Origin: an uncultured Prevotella sp.
GTDB lineage: Bacteria > Bacteroidota > Bacteroidia > Bacteroidales > Bacteroidaceae
Reading direction: 5' to 3'
Length of the DNA: 38,539 nt
Assembly: GCA_939792625.1 (NCBI GenBank)
Contig: CALNFG010000001.1
Span: forward strand, 1-38,539
The translations under genes were made by a program, and so were the position numbers. Position 1 is the first letter of the stretch. Every line of letters starts with the position of its first letter. The notes under the pieces are model-generated. The model ran no database searches. It was not told where the DNA came from and saw nothing but the letters and a program-made list of their open reading frames with translations. Positions 1 to 9,762 of this stretch are shown in pieces.

Positions 1-2
1 TG

Positions 3-1433
3 ACAGATACCGGCTGTCATGTGGTCATGATATTAAGAGGCTCGGCCGGCACGGGCAAAACCTCGCTTGCGGCAGCCATGGTAAAAGCCATGTCCCGGCT
101 CGGGCAGAAGATAGTGCTGCTTGCCCCGACAGGACGTGCCGCAAAAGTCTTTTCACTCAACGCCGGGCTGCCGGCTCTGACCATACACCGCAGAATATAC
201 CGGCAGAAAGCCTTTGCCGGTGACATGAGCAAGTTTAACCTTAACGACAATCTTGCACAAGACACGCTCTTCATGGTTGATGAAGCTTCGATGATAGCCA
301 ATGAGGGAATGGCCGTTTCCTCAGTTTTCGGCACAGGGCGGCTGCTTGACGACCTTGTAAGTTTTGTTTATTCCGGGCGCAACTGCCGCATGATGCTCAT
401 AGGAGACAAAGCACAGCTGCCTCCGGTTGGCGAGGAAGAGTCGCCGGCGCTTACGGCTTCATACATGTCAGGGTATGGCATGACGGTATATGAATGTGAC
501 CTGAACGAAGTGCTGCGTCAGGCTGTCGGGTCAGGCATTCTTTACAATGCAACGGCAATAAGGCAGATGATTACTCACGACGAGATAACCGGTCTGCCGG
601 TCATCAGATTCTCCGGATTTGCCGACATACGCATGGTGCCCGGCAACGAACTCATCGAACAGCTCAACGGCAGTTATTCGGAAGTGGGTACAGATGAAAC
701 CATAGTCATAACGAGAAGCAACAAACGTGCAAATATCTACAACGCCGGCATACGCGGCATGGTGCTGGGACGAGAAGAGGAACTTACCACCGGCGACATG
801 CTCATGGTGGTGAAAAACAATTATTACTGGCTTGAGAAAGACTTGCAGGCTGCTGCTGCCACAATACCCGAAACCGTAGGCACACCCACCGGGCAGACAC
901 GCCGGCGCAAAGGTATGCGGACCGAGCTGTTTATCGCCAACGGCGACCGTGCCTGCGTACAGCGTGTACGCAATGTGCGCGAGATGTACGGATTCAGTTT
1001 TGCCGATGTATGGTTGCAGTTTCCCGACTATGATAATTATGAATTAAAAGTGGTTGCAATACTCGACACACTTACCTCCGACGCCCCTGCTCTGACGCGG
1101 GACCGGAGTGAACGGCTGTTCGAGGCTGTTACGGCAGATTATGAGGACGTGCCGTTGAAGGCAGACCGCATGAAGCGTGTGCGCGACGACATGTATTATA
1201 ACGCTCTTCAAATAAAGTATGCTTACGCCATGACATGTCACAAGGCACAGGGCGGACAGTGGGCACATGTGTATGTGGACCAGGGATACATGACCGACGA
1301 CATGCTCACACCGGACTACATACACTGGCTTTACACCGCGTTCACCCGTGCCACAGAGCAGCTATTTCTTGTAAACTGGCCTAAAACCCAGACAGATTTT
1401 ACCGGTAACGACGACAAGGAACAACAATCTTAA
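3..1433 (+). CDS. RecD-like SF1 ATP-dependent DNA helicase (5'-truncated by window edge)
   Basis: Walker A GSAGTGKT, APTGRAA, VDEASM, IGDKAQLPPV, YAMTCHKAQG and WLYTAFTRA motifs; frame is open back to the window start. Confidence 0.88.
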   Translation, partial: TDTGCHVVMILRGSAGTGKTSLAAAMVKAMSRLGQKIVLLAPTGRAAKVFSLNAGLPALTIHRRIYRQKAFAGDMSKFNLNDNLAQDTLFMVDEASMIANEGMAVSSVFGTGRLLDDLVSFVYSGRNCRMMLIGDKAQLPPVGEEESPALTASYMSGYGMTVYECDLNEVLRQAVGSGILYNATAIRQMITHDEITGLPVIRFSGFADIRMVPGNELIEQLNGSYSEVGTDETIVITRSNKRANIYNAGIRGMVLGREEELTTGDMLMVVKNNYYWLEKDLQAAAATIPETVGTPTGQTRRRKGMRTELFIANGDRACVQRVRNVREMYGFSFADVWLQFPDYDNYELKVVAILDTLTSDAPALTRDRSERLFEAVTADYEDVPLKADRMKRVRDDMYYNALQIKYAYAMTCHKAQGGQWAHVYVDQGYMTDDMLTPDYIHWLYTAFTRATEQLFLVNWPKTQTDFTGNDDKEQQS

Positions 1434-1453
1434 TCAAACTAACATAACACGAT

Positions 1454-2794
1454 ATGACATCTTTTATATTCTTTGTGGCAGGTGTTCTTGCTTCGGCACT
1501 GGTCTTTGTACTTGCCGGACAGAAGAAAAACAAATCTTTATCCGACCGTATGTCATCTCTCGCAAGTGAGATGGCAGCCAAACAGCGTGAGGCCGAACTG
1601 CTTGCCGGACAACTAGAAGAGACAAAACGAGACGGCGAGCGCAGACTAGAGGAGGCCAAACGGCAGTTTGACGAACGTCTTGCTGATATCAATGAGCGGA
1701 ACGAACGTGAGAAAAACGAGCGCACGGCACTGCTCGACAAACAGTTTGCCGACAGGCTGAGACTCGTGCAGGAACAGCTGAACACAACCACCGAACGTTT
1801 GCTGAAACAACGGTCGGAAGAACTCGACAAAACAAACCGCAACCAGATTGACTCCATCATGGCACCCCTGAAGGCCGTCATGACAGAGATGAAAAAATCA
1901 ATGGACGACAACCGCGAATCGTTCACGCGCAGCACAGCGTCACTGAGCGAACAGCTTAAACAGATGCACGCCACGACCACATCGCTTGGTGCCGAGGCCG
2001 AGAAGCTGTCAAAGGCACTGCAGACCGGACCTAAGGTGCAGGGCGACTTCGGAGAAATGAAGCTCAACGACCTGCTCGACAAGTTCGGATTCACAAAAGG
2101 CATTGAATATGACGTACAGTACACCATGCGTGACGCCAAAGGCAACGTGATACGCAACGACGACACCAATGACATGATGCGCCCGGACGTGGTGCTGCAC
2201 TATCCTGACCACAAAGACGTGATCATCGACTCCAAAGCATCGTTGACGGCATTTATAGGGTACGTCAATGCCGATACCGACGAAGAGCGCAAGCGATGTC
2301 TCGACGAACACGTCAGGAGCGTGCGCCGGCACATCGACGAGCTGGCCGACAAGCGTTACGGCAAGTATTCGATAGAGGGTGGCACAACGCTCGACTTCGT
2401 GATAATGTTCGTGCCACAGGAAGCAGCCATGCAGCTTGCCGTATCAGCCGACCCCTCACTCTGGAACTATGCCTTCGAGCGTAATGTCGTCATAACAGGC
2501 GAACAAAACCTCTTTTCGCTGCTGCGCCTGTTACAGATAGCATGGACACAGCAGCGCCAGGCTGAAAATCAGGAGCAGGTGTTCGGACTGGCCAACCAGC
2601 TTGTCGAACGTGTGGGGCTGTTTGCCGAACGTTTCGAAAAGATTGGCAAGGATGTCGACTCGCTGCAGGCATCGTTCGAGAACGCCAGAAAAGCAATGAA
2701 CGGCAACCGTGGCTTTGTAAGCTCGGCACGCAGGCTGGTTGACATCGGCGCCAAAGAGAATCCGAAACGCAGACTGCCGGATGAATACATGTGA
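1454..2794 (+). CDS. rmuC: DNA recombination protein RmuC
   Basis: N-terminal TM helix, long coiled coil, QGDFGE, RPDVVLHYP and IIDSK nuclease-like motifs, DFVIMFVP. Confidence 0.92.
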   Translation: MTSFIFFVAGVLASALVFVLAGQKKNKSLSDRMSSLASEMAAKQREAELLAGQLEETKRDGERRLEEAKRQFDERLADINERNEREKNERTALLDKQFADRLRLVQEQLNTTTERLLKQRSEELDKTNRNQIDSIMAPLKAVMTEMKKSMDDNRESFTRSTASLSEQLKQMHATTTSLGAEAEKLSKALQTGPKVQGDFGEMKLNDLLDKFGFTKGIEYDVQYTMRDAKGNVIRNDDTNDMMRPDVVLHYPDHKDVIIDSKASLTAFIGYVNADTDEERKRCLDEHVRSVRRHIDELADKRYGKYSIEGGTTLDFVIMFVPQEAAMQLAVSADPSLWNYAFERNVVITGEQNLFSLLRLLQIAWTQQRQAENQEQVFGLANQLVERVGLFAERFEKIGKDVDSLQASFENARKAMNGNRGFVSSARRLVDIGAKENPKRRLPDEYM

Positions 2795-2831
2795 CAGATG
2801 ATAAGGCAAGGATGTGTCAGCCCGCCGCCCG

Positions 2832-2888
2832 TGTAACAGAATTGTAATACAGGTGTAACAGATATGAATATACTTGTCGGTATTTTTG
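2832..2888 (+). promoter_or_regulatory. Pho-box-like 11-bp direct repeats plus Bacteroidetes -7 element
   Basis: TGTAACAGAAT / TGTAATACAGG / TGTAACAGATA / TGAATA at 2832, 2843, 2854, 2865; TATTTTTG at 2881. Confidence 0.7.
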
Positions 2889-2917
2889 CAACGGGTATTA
2901 AAAACAACAAAAATAAT

Positions 2918-3607
2918 ATGGACAATAATTATCGAATATTGGTCGTAGACGATGAACAAGACTTGTGTGAAATTCTGAAGTTCAATCTTGAGACCGACGG
3001 ATACTCCGTAGAGACGGCTAACTCTGCCGAAGAAGCCCTGAAGATGAACATAGAAGGCTTCGACCTCCTGTTGCTCGACGTGATGATGGGCGGCATGTCG
3101 GGCTTTGCCATGGCAAAGAAGCTGAAGTCTGACCCCGCAACAAAAGACATACCGGTGGTCTTTCTCACAGCCCGTGACACGGAGAACGACACCGTGACAG
3201 GATTCAATCTCGGTGCCGACGACTACATCTCAAAGCCATTCTCGATAAGAGAGGTGCTGGTAAGGATACGCGCCGTGTTGCGCCGCACTGCCGAGAAAAA
3301 CGGCGAGCAGCAGTCTAACGTCCTGAGATATCAGGGCCTGGAGCTTAATCTTGACAAAAAGACGGTGAGCATCGACGGCGAGGACGTGCCGTTTACAAAG
3401 ACCGAGTTCGAGATTCTTCACCTTCTGCTCGACGAGAAAGGACGAGTATTCTCCCGCCAGGAGCTTATCGACCGCATCTGGCCGAAAGACGTACTCGTAC
3501 TCGACCGCACCGTTGACGTCAACATAACACGCCTGCGCAAGAAGATAGGCAAGTTCTCAAAGTGCATCGTCACCCGTCTGGGCTTCGGCTATTATTTCGA
3601 CGCCTGA
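2918..3607 (+). CDS. OmpR/PhoB-family response regulator (PhoB/PhoP-like)
   Basis: Receiver RILVVDDE...LLDVMM...GADDYISKPFS; wHTH RTVDVNITRLRKK...GFGY; ATG 2918 chosen because it lies downstream of the -7 element with A-rich context. Confidence 0.92.
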   Translation: MDNNYRILVVDDEQDLCEILKFNLETDGYSVETANSAEEALKMNIEGFDLLLLDVMMGGMSGFAMAKKLKSDPATKDIPVVFLTARDTENDTVTGFNLGADDYISKPFSIREVLVRIRAVLRRTAEKNGEQQSNVLRYQGLELNLDKKTVSIDGEDVPFTKTEFEILHLLLDEKGRVFSRQELIDRIWPKDVLVLDRTVDVNITRLRKKIGKFSKCIVTRLGFGYYFDA

Positions 3608-3641
3608 CCATACATAATCACACCAACTGCCAACAGCTATC

Positions 3642-5051
3642 ATGTTCAGAACATCTGTAGGAACACGTCTTTACGTCAGCGTGCTGTCGGTCTTCATCGC
3701 CTTTGCCGCTGCGTTCATCATCTTTCAGCATGCCCGTGAGCGCGAGTATAAGATAAATTCGCTCAACAGCCGTCTTCAGGACTACAACTCGAGGATGATA
3801 GAGACACTCGAATACATGGGCAACCACTCAGAGGCTACGGTCGACCGCTACGTCAAGACCCATCACATGCGCGGACTGCGCGTCACTCTCATCGCACGCG
3901 ACGGCAGAGTGGTGTACGACAACATGTACAAGAACTACTCGCGCATGGACAGCCACAGAAACCGCGAAGAGGTGCGCGAGGCTTTCTCCAACGGCAGCGG
4001 CCATGACTTCAGCCGGCAGAGTTCTACCATGAACCAGACTTATTTTTACTCTGCCACATACGTGCCTGAGTACGATTTCGTGGTACGCAGCGCCCTACCC
4101 TACGACAACAGTCTGGCCCAGGCGCTCAGGGCCGACCAGCATTATCTGTGGTTTTCGCTGGTGGCCATGCTCGTACTTGTGTTTATTCTTTACCGGTTCG
4201 TAAGCCGTCTTGGTGACAACATCACAAAGCTGCGCCTCTTTGCCAGCCGTGCCGACCACAACGAGAGTCTTGACACGGAAGACCTCGTAGGCTTTCCCGG
4301 CGACGAGCTTGGCGAGATAGCCGAGCGGATAATCAAGATATACAAGCGCCTGCAGCGCACCAAGGAGGAGCAGAACGTGCTGAAAAGACAGCTCACGCAG
4401 AACATTGCCCACGAGCTGAAGACGCCCGTGTCGAGCATACAGGGCTATCTGGAAACCGTACTCGAAAACCCGAACATAAACGAAGAGATGAAGCAGCAGT
4501 TTCTCGAGCGCTGCTACGCCCAGTCACAGCGCCTGGCCTCACTGCTGCACGACATATCCACGCTCAACCGCCTTGACGACGCCCCTGACATGGTAGACTT
4601 CGAGGTGGTAGACATCAATACCATGGTCGGCAACATCGCCAAGGACACGTCGCTGCAGATGGAGAGGCGCAGGATGACTTTCGACAACCGTCTGCCGGCA
4701 GGTGTCACCGTGCGCGGCAACATGTCACTGCTGTACAGCATCTTCAGGAATCTCACCGACAATGCCATAGCATACGCCGGTGAGGGCACCACAATCACGC
4801 TTACGGCCGTACCCAAGGACGACGTATGGAGCTTCACGTTCAGCGACAACGGTGTGGGAGTGCCTTACGAGCATCTGTCGCGACTGTTCGAGCGCTTCTA
4901 CCGTGTGGACAAAGGGCGCAGCCGCAAGATGGGAGGCACCGGGCTCGGACTGGCCATCGTCAAAAACTCCGTGCTGCTTCACGGCGGTACGATCAGTGTC
5001 AGCAACAACATAACAGGCGGTCTGCGGTTTGAGTTCACCCTGCGCAGATAG
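3642..5051 (+). CDS. Sensor histidine kinase (PhoR-like)
   Basis: Two TM segments, H-box AHELKTP, N box NLTDNAI, DNGVG, FERFYRVDKGRSR, GGTGLGLAIVK. Confidence 0.93.
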   Translation: MFRTSVGTRLYVSVLSVFIAFAAAFIIFQHAREREYKINSLNSRLQDYNSRMIETLEYMGNHSEATVDRYVKTHHMRGLRVTLIARDGRVVYDNMYKNYSRMDSHRNREEVREAFSNGSGHDFSRQSSTMNQTYFYSATYVPEYDFVVRSALPYDNSLAQALRADQHYLWFSLVAMLVLVFILYRFVSRLGDNITKLRLFASRADHNESLDTEDLVGFPGDELGEIAERIIKIYKRLQRTKEEQNVLKRQLTQNIAHELKTPVSSIQGYLETVLENPNINEEMKQQFLERCYAQSQRLASLLHDISTLNRLDDAPDMVDFEVVDINTMVGNIAKDTSLQMERRRMTFDNRLPAGVTVRGNMSLLYSIFRNLTDNAIAYAGEGTTITLTAVPKDDVWSFTFSDNGVGVPYEHLSRLFERFYRVDKGRSRKMGGTGLGLAIVKNSVLLHGGTISVSNNITGGLRFEFTLRR

Positions 5052-5109
5052 TTCGCGGCCGGCAGCAGACACAGCCTTTACTCCATATTTTTCACCGCCC
5101 GCATAAAGT

Positions 5110-5217
5110 CTTGATTGACAACGGGTTACAAAAGACCGTCTTTTGGCTCGCCAAAGACGGTCTTTTGCCGTGTAAAAGCTTACCTTTTGCAACGCGAAAG
5201 GTAAGCTTTTGCAAAAT
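5110..5217. repeat. Dispersed phased 22-bp palindromic element, copy A
   Basis: CTTGATTGACAACGGGTTAC end motif, then 22-bp units at 5130, 5152, 5174, 5196, each AAAAG-N5-CTTTT-like; units 1/2 and 3/4 form hairpins. Confidence 0.85.
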
Positions 5218-5296
5218 AAGATTTACCGGCACTGACATAAACTAAAAATAAAGTTCGTTTTACTCACATTTATTTTGTTTTTAGCCCAATATGCAT

Positions 5297-5304
5297 TATC
5301 TTTG
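5297..5304 (+). promoter_or_regulatory. Bacteroidetes sigma-A -7 element
   Basis: TATCTTTG matches TAnnTTTG, about 30 bp before ATG 5333. Confidence 0.6.
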
Positions 5305-5332
5305 CCCCAGGAAACAAGATTTGTAACCATTA

Positions 5333-6631
5333 ATGGACGAAATTATTATCATCCTGCTATTGATAATGTTCAACGGCATATTTGCCATGTCTGAAATAGC
5401 AGTGATTCAAGCAAGAAAAACTACTTTATCCAATGACGAAAAGAAGGGCAGCAAGGGCGCAAAGACGGCCCTGAGGCTGGCCAATGACCCCGACCGCTTT
5501 CTCTCCACCGTGCAGATAGGCATAACGCTTATCGGTATCCTGACCGGTATTTATTCGGGAGCCTCCCTGTCGGGCAAGTTCTCAGACGTGTTCGAAAGTG
5601 TGGGCATGCCCGAACGCTGGGCATACCCTCTGGCCCAGGGCCTGATTGTCATAGCCGTGACTTACCTCACCATCATTTTCGGCGAGCTGGTGCCCAAGCG
5701 CATAGGCATGAGCGTGGCCGAGAAAGTGTCTGAGATCATAGCCCGGCCCATGTACGTGCTATCGGTGGTGGCGGGGCCGTTCGTGTGGGTGCTGTCAAAG
5801 AGTACGGAGCTTGTCGTCAACCTGCTGGGCGTGAAGAACGCCGAAAGCAAGGTGACCGAGGAGGACATCAAGTCGATTGTGCAGGAAGGCAAGGAAGACG
5901 GCGAGGTGCAGGAAGTAGAACAGGACATCGTGGAGCGCGTCTTCATGCTCGGCGACCTCACCGTAGACTCGATAATGACCCACCGCTCCGACGTGGTCAC
6001 GCTCGACGTGAACATGACCAACGACGAGATAAAGCAAGTGCTTAACGAGAACATGTATGAGGCTTATCCCCTGATCGACCGCGGCATAGACAACATCCTC
6101 GGAGTGGTGCTGCTAAAAGACCTGATATTCAGACTTGACGACAACACACTCAACCTGAAAGCCATAATGCACCCCGCGGTGTACTTCTACGAGAACATGA
6201 GCGTGTACAAGGCCCTCGAGCAGATGAAGGAGAAGCGGCTCACACAGGCGTTTATCTGCGACGAGTTCGGCAGCTTTCAGGGCGTGATAACGCTGCGCGA
6301 CATACTTGAAGGACTTGTCGGCAACATCGACGAGGTGAGCGGCGACCCGGAGATAGTGAAGCGCGAAGACTCGGAGAGCTGGCTCATCGACGGCCAATGC
6401 TCGTTCTACGACTTCCTGTCATACTTCGACAAAGAAGACCTTTATGACAGCGAACAGCAGGACTACAACACCCTGGCGGGCCTCATCATAGAACAGCTCA
6501 AGCACATCCCCCAGGCCGGAGAGCGCACCGAATGGAACTGTTTCAACTTCGAGATAGTCGACATGGACGGCGCCCGCATCGACAAAGTGCTGGTAACGCT
6601 TAACGGCAAGCAGGAAGAGGAAAACAACTGA
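5333..6631 (+). CDS. Hemolysin-family CNNM(DUF21)-CBS-CorC/HlyC protein (TlyC type, putative Mg/Co efflux)
   Basis: NGIFAMSEIA, FLSTVQIGIT, IIFGELVPK, CBS pair with DEFGSFQGVIT, C-terminal YNTLAG...DMDGARIDKV. Confidence 0.92.
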   Translation: MDEIIIILLLIMFNGIFAMSEIAVIQARKTTLSNDEKKGSKGAKTALRLANDPDRFLSTVQIGITLIGILTGIYSGASLSGKFSDVFESVGMPERWAYPLAQGLIVIAVTYLTIIFGELVPKRIGMSVAEKVSEIIARPMYVLSVVAGPFVWVLSKSTELVVNLLGVKNAESKVTEEDIKSIVQEGKEDGEVQEVEQDIVERVFMLGDLTVDSIMTHRSDVVTLDVNMTNDEIKQVLNENMYEAYPLIDRGIDNILGVVLLKDLIFRLDDNTLNLKAIMHPAVYFYENMSVYKALEQMKEKRLTQAFICDEFGSFQGVITLRDILEGLVGNIDEVSGDPEIVKREDSESWLIDGQCSFYDFLSYFDKEDLYDSEQQDYNTLAGLIIEQLKHIPQAGERTEWNCFNFEIVDMDGARIDKVLVTLNGKQEEENN

Positions 6632-6646
6632 CGCCGCAACGGTTAA

Positions 6647-6700
6647 GAATTAAGAAATATATGCCGTCCGCAGCGACAAACAGGCATATTTTCTTAATTC
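6647..6700. terminator. Inverted repeat after hemolysin-family gene (putative terminator)
   Basis: GAATTAAGAAATATATGCC ... GGCATATTTTCTTAATTC near-perfect stem. Confidence 0.55.
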
Positions 6701-6846
6701 CCCGCTTATTATCCGTAAATAGATTTTGCCGTTTGTCGTATTTTTTTTACCTTTGTTGCCGGCATGTATTTCTCATACAGACAAGAATGTCTCATTCTCT
6801 CTTTTTAATTGTATAATCTATATTGTTGCAAAAATAAATCTTTACG

Positions 6847-7416
6847 ATGGAAATTCAAACAGCTCAGGACTTTCAGGCCCTCACCATAGCACGGCTGATA
6901 ATGCAGGCCATGAACTACGACTGCTGCAGATATTTTACAGGCCCCGACCACACGCTCGACGACTTTGAGCGGGTGATGACTTCGCTGGTACTGTCAGAAA
7001 AGTCACAATACAGCTATCTCAACACCCTTGTGGCCATTGACGACGACGGACGGCTCTGCGGCATGTGCGTGTCTTACGACGGCGGACGGCTGCACGAACT
7101 GCGCAAGGCATTCGTCGACGCGGCGAAAGAGAACTTCGGCCGCGACTTCAGCAGCATGGCCGACGAGACATCCTCCGGCGAACTGTACATAGACAGCATA
7201 GCCGTGCCCGAAGACTGCCGCGGCCGCGGCATAGCCACGCTCCTGCTCAACGCCGTCATCGACAAGGCCCGGGCCATGAAGCTGCCGGCCGTAGGCCTGC
7301 TCGTAGACAAGGGCAACCCCAAGGCCGAGAAGCTGTACGGCAGAGTAGGCTTCAAATACGTTGAAGACAGCATGTGGGGCGGACACGAGATGAAGCACCT
7401 GCAATACCGGCTGTAA
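6847..7416 (+). CDS. GNAT family N-acetyltransferase
   Basis: LYIDSIAVPEDCRGRGIA acetyl-CoA motif A and NPKAEKLYGRVGF motif B. Confidence 0.9.
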   Translation: MEIQTAQDFQALTIARLIMQAMNYDCCRYFTGPDHTLDDFERVMTSLVLSEKSQYSYLNTLVAIDDDGRLCGMCVSYDGGRLHELRKAFVDAAKENFGRDFSSMADETSSGELYIDSIAVPEDCRGRGIATLLLNAVIDKARAMKLPAVGLLVDKGNPKAEKLYGRVGFKYVEDSMWGGHEMKHLQYRL

Positions 7417-7484
7417 GCGCCGGCGCCACCGGCCCCGATGACCTGCCCCATAACCCCTTAAACACACAAAAAGCCCCGATCAGT

Positions 7485-8360
7485 ATGCAAGACAGCAAGT
7501 ATTTGGTAGCTACCGACCGTGATGCCCGGTGGGGACTCGTAGTCAACACCGTGGGTTACGACGAGGTCGGCCCCGACGAATCATATCCCACCAGAGGACA
7601 CGGTGACGGATATTATTTTGACATAGAGCGCGGTCGCATCCTTGACGAATATCAGATGCTCTATCTGGTTGAAGGAGAAGGAGTATTCTCGTCACGCCAT
7701 GTGAAGAACGTCTCCATAAAGGCAGGCGACATATTCCTGCTGTTCCCCGGCGAGTGGCACACGTACCACCCCCTGCAGGGCAGAGCCTGGAAGAGCTACT
7801 GGATAGGCTACAAGGGCCGCAACATGGACGACCGGATGAAGTTCAACTTCCTCTCGCTCGACAAGCCCGTATACCACGTAGGCTTCAGCAACGACATAGT
7901 ATATCTGTACGACTCGGCCATCAAGACCGCCAAAGAAGAGACCGTGTACTGCCAGCAGATACTCGCCGGCATTGTGAACAATCTGCTCGGACTGATGTAT
8001 TCGCTCGAACGCAAGATGGAGCTCAGCCGTAAAGGAGGATATGAAGACATGATTAACAAGGCGCGCCTGCGCATACGCGAGGGCGTGGAGACAAAGATTA
8101 CGGTACAGGAGATAGCCGCCGGGCTGGGGTCGAGCTATTCAAATTTCCGCAAACTGTTCAAGGAATACACCGGACTGTCGCCGGCCTTTTACCAGCAAGA
8201 CCTCAAGCTGCAGCGCGCCAAGGAACTGTTATCGACCACAGACATGAGCATAAAGGAAATTGCATACCGCCTTAACTTCGATTCGCCCGACTATTTCTCA
8301 AGCAAGTTCAAGGCTAAAATAGGATGTAAGCCCAGTGAATACAGGGCTAAAATGAGATGA
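7485..8360 (+). CDS. AraC family transcriptional regulator (similar to Bacteroides RhaR-type cupin-AraC)
   Basis: KYL..D..WGLVVNTVG, GRILDEYQMLY, LLFPGEWHTY cupin; C-terminal double HTH IKEIAYRLNFDSPDYFS. Confidence 0.88.
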   Translation: MQDSKYLVATDRDARWGLVVNTVGYDEVGPDESYPTRGHGDGYYFDIERGRILDEYQMLYLVEGEGVFSSRHVKNVSIKAGDIFLLFPGEWHTYHPLQGRAWKSYWIGYKGRNMDDRMKFNFLSLDKPVYHVGFSNDIVYLYDSAIKTAKEETVYCQQILAGIVNNLLGLMYSLERKMELSRKGGYEDMINKARLRIREGVETKITVQEIAAGLGSSYSNFRKLFKEYTGLSPAFYQQDLKLQRAKELLSTTDMSIKEIAYRLNFDSPDYFSSKFKAKIGCKPSEYRAKMR

Positions 8361-8408
8361 TCATGTACAGACCGACAACAACTGTAAACAATAAAAATAA
8401 TATGTATA

Positions 8409-8450
8409 GGGGTGACTTCATCAGCAGTCACCCCCTCATTTTTTATTTTC
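8409..8450 (+). terminator. Rho-independent terminator
   Basis: GGGGTGACT-loop-AGTCACCCC followed by a T-rich run; lies between convergent genes. Confidence 0.75.
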
Positions 8451-8487
8451 TGACGCATCCCGGCAGATATGCGAGAACTCGTATTTT

Positions 8488-9747
8488 TCATTTAAACAAA
8501 CTATATGAGATGCCAACATTAAAGAACGGTATAGGCGAACGATCTTGCTTCATAAGAGGCTCGACTTCTGCTTTTCCGTCTTCATTCTTCACTTTTATTC
8601 CTTTGCGGTTTTTCTTATACAGACCGCCTTTCATTACCATTGAGACACCGGCATGTGCAGAGAGATAAAAATGACGGCTGATGATATACTCGTAATGTAT
8701 TTCAGGTTTCAGCACGGCATCACTGTAATAATATGTTCGTGACGTTCCTTCCAAATCGGATTTCAGATAAAAACTTTCACTTGACATCGCCGCACCCGCC
8801 GAAATGCGCTGTCTACCCACCTGGTAACGCAGATAGAACTGACCGGGCATGGCTACATCTATGCTCAAGTCGGGATTGTTGAAACGATGCCACCAGGCTA
8901 TGACAGGAAGAAAGGGCATGCTGTTGAACAATGTCATACCCATTACACCTGCACTGAAACTCGTACGTTCCGTTTTCTTGAACACCACCAACGCTGAAGC
9001 TGTACCGTACACCTTGCCCCACCCCTCGTTCCACGCATCAACCGATACGCACAAGGACAAGACAAGAGGTTTACCGAAAATGCCAATATAGTACGATCCG
9101 TTCAGACCTCCGTTAAAATAATCGTATGCGTTACGATGAAAAATGTCTGACGGCGCTATCATATTGTCGATGTCATAAGTCTGAAACTGATAACGTGCAT
9201 ATTGTAAATTGGCATATAAGGAAACATTTTTCAGCTTCAGAATCGGTACCATTGTCGAAAAACGCAAGGTATGCAGATTTTTCTTTCTTCTCTTTTCAAC
9301 ATCTTTACCGTCAAGTTCGAAAGTATAATCGTGCGCCCACTTCGTCTCCCAAAACAAGTTTACCGTACGATAACGGGAAAAGTTTTTCGCCGCAAAAGTA
9401 CGAAAATCATCAGCCAGTGAATCGGTTATGACTTGCGCCCCGCAAGGAACCGAAAAAAACGTCAGGCTGCATAATACCGTAAGAAACAACTTCTGAGCAA
9501 TCTTCCGTAATCGGATTTCATCCGGCAAATATTCCAGTTCCCTACACGAATATCCTTTACTTTTCAGCATTTCTGTTATACAAGATGCAGTCATCCCCAT
9601 ACATTCTACCCTAAGAACATTATCCACATCCTCACGATCAACGCTCCACGCTTTTATTTTGCCACAGCCATCAAGCAAAGATGACACGGCTTCTACATCT
9701 TTACGCCGTTTCAGAGACGTTGCAAAAACATATATATCATATTCCAT
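8488..9747 (-). CDS. Outer-membrane beta-barrel (DUF6268-like) with N-terminal HMA-like small domain fused ahead of a signal peptide
   Basis: First ~75 aa (VFATSL..WSVDREDVDNVLRV..CRELE) resemble a small standalone Bacteroidetes protein; then RKIAQKLFLTVLCSLTFFSVPCGA-Q signal; amphipathic strands; ends FFNVGISYSLFK. Confidence 0.65.
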   Translation of the reverse strand: MEYDIYVFATSLKRRKDVEAVSSLLDGCGKIKAWSVDREDVDNVLRVECMGMTASCITEMLKSKGYSCRELEYLPDEIRLRKIAQKLFLTVLCSLTFFSVPCGAQVITDSLADDFRTFAAKNFSRYRTVNLFWETKWAHDYTFELDGKDVEKRRKKNLHTLRFSTMVPILKLKNVSLYANLQYARYQFQTYDIDNMIAPSDIFHRNAYDYFNGGLNGSYYIGIFGKPLVLSLCVSVDAWNEGWGKVYGTASALVVFKKTERTSFSAGVMGMTLFNSMPFLPVIAWWHRFNNPDLSIDVAMPGQFYLRYQVGRQRISAGAAMSSESFYLKSDLEGTSRTYYYSDAVLKPEIHYEYIISRHFYLSAHAGVSMVMKGGLYKKNRKGIKVKNEDGKAEVEPLMKQDRSPIPFFNVGISYSLFK

Positions 9748-9762
9748 TTCCGTCACAATTTT

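Noticed and set aside
840..930. Low-complexity insert in the RecD-like helicase (QAAAATIPETVGTPTGQTRRRKG) as an intein or mobile insert
   Set aside because: Too short, no intein terminal residues; most likely a variable loop
5130..5217. CRISPR array interpretation of the 22-bp periodic units (also 21845 and 27965)
   Set aside because: Period too short, no unique 30-40-bp spacers, no cas genes
7374..7484. N-terminal extensions in the ORF track (7374, 2864, 11699, 14543, 15151, 20644, 23144, 26515, 30321)
   Set aside because: They overlap neighbouring genes or promoter elements; downstream ATGs fit family N-termini and A-rich contexts better
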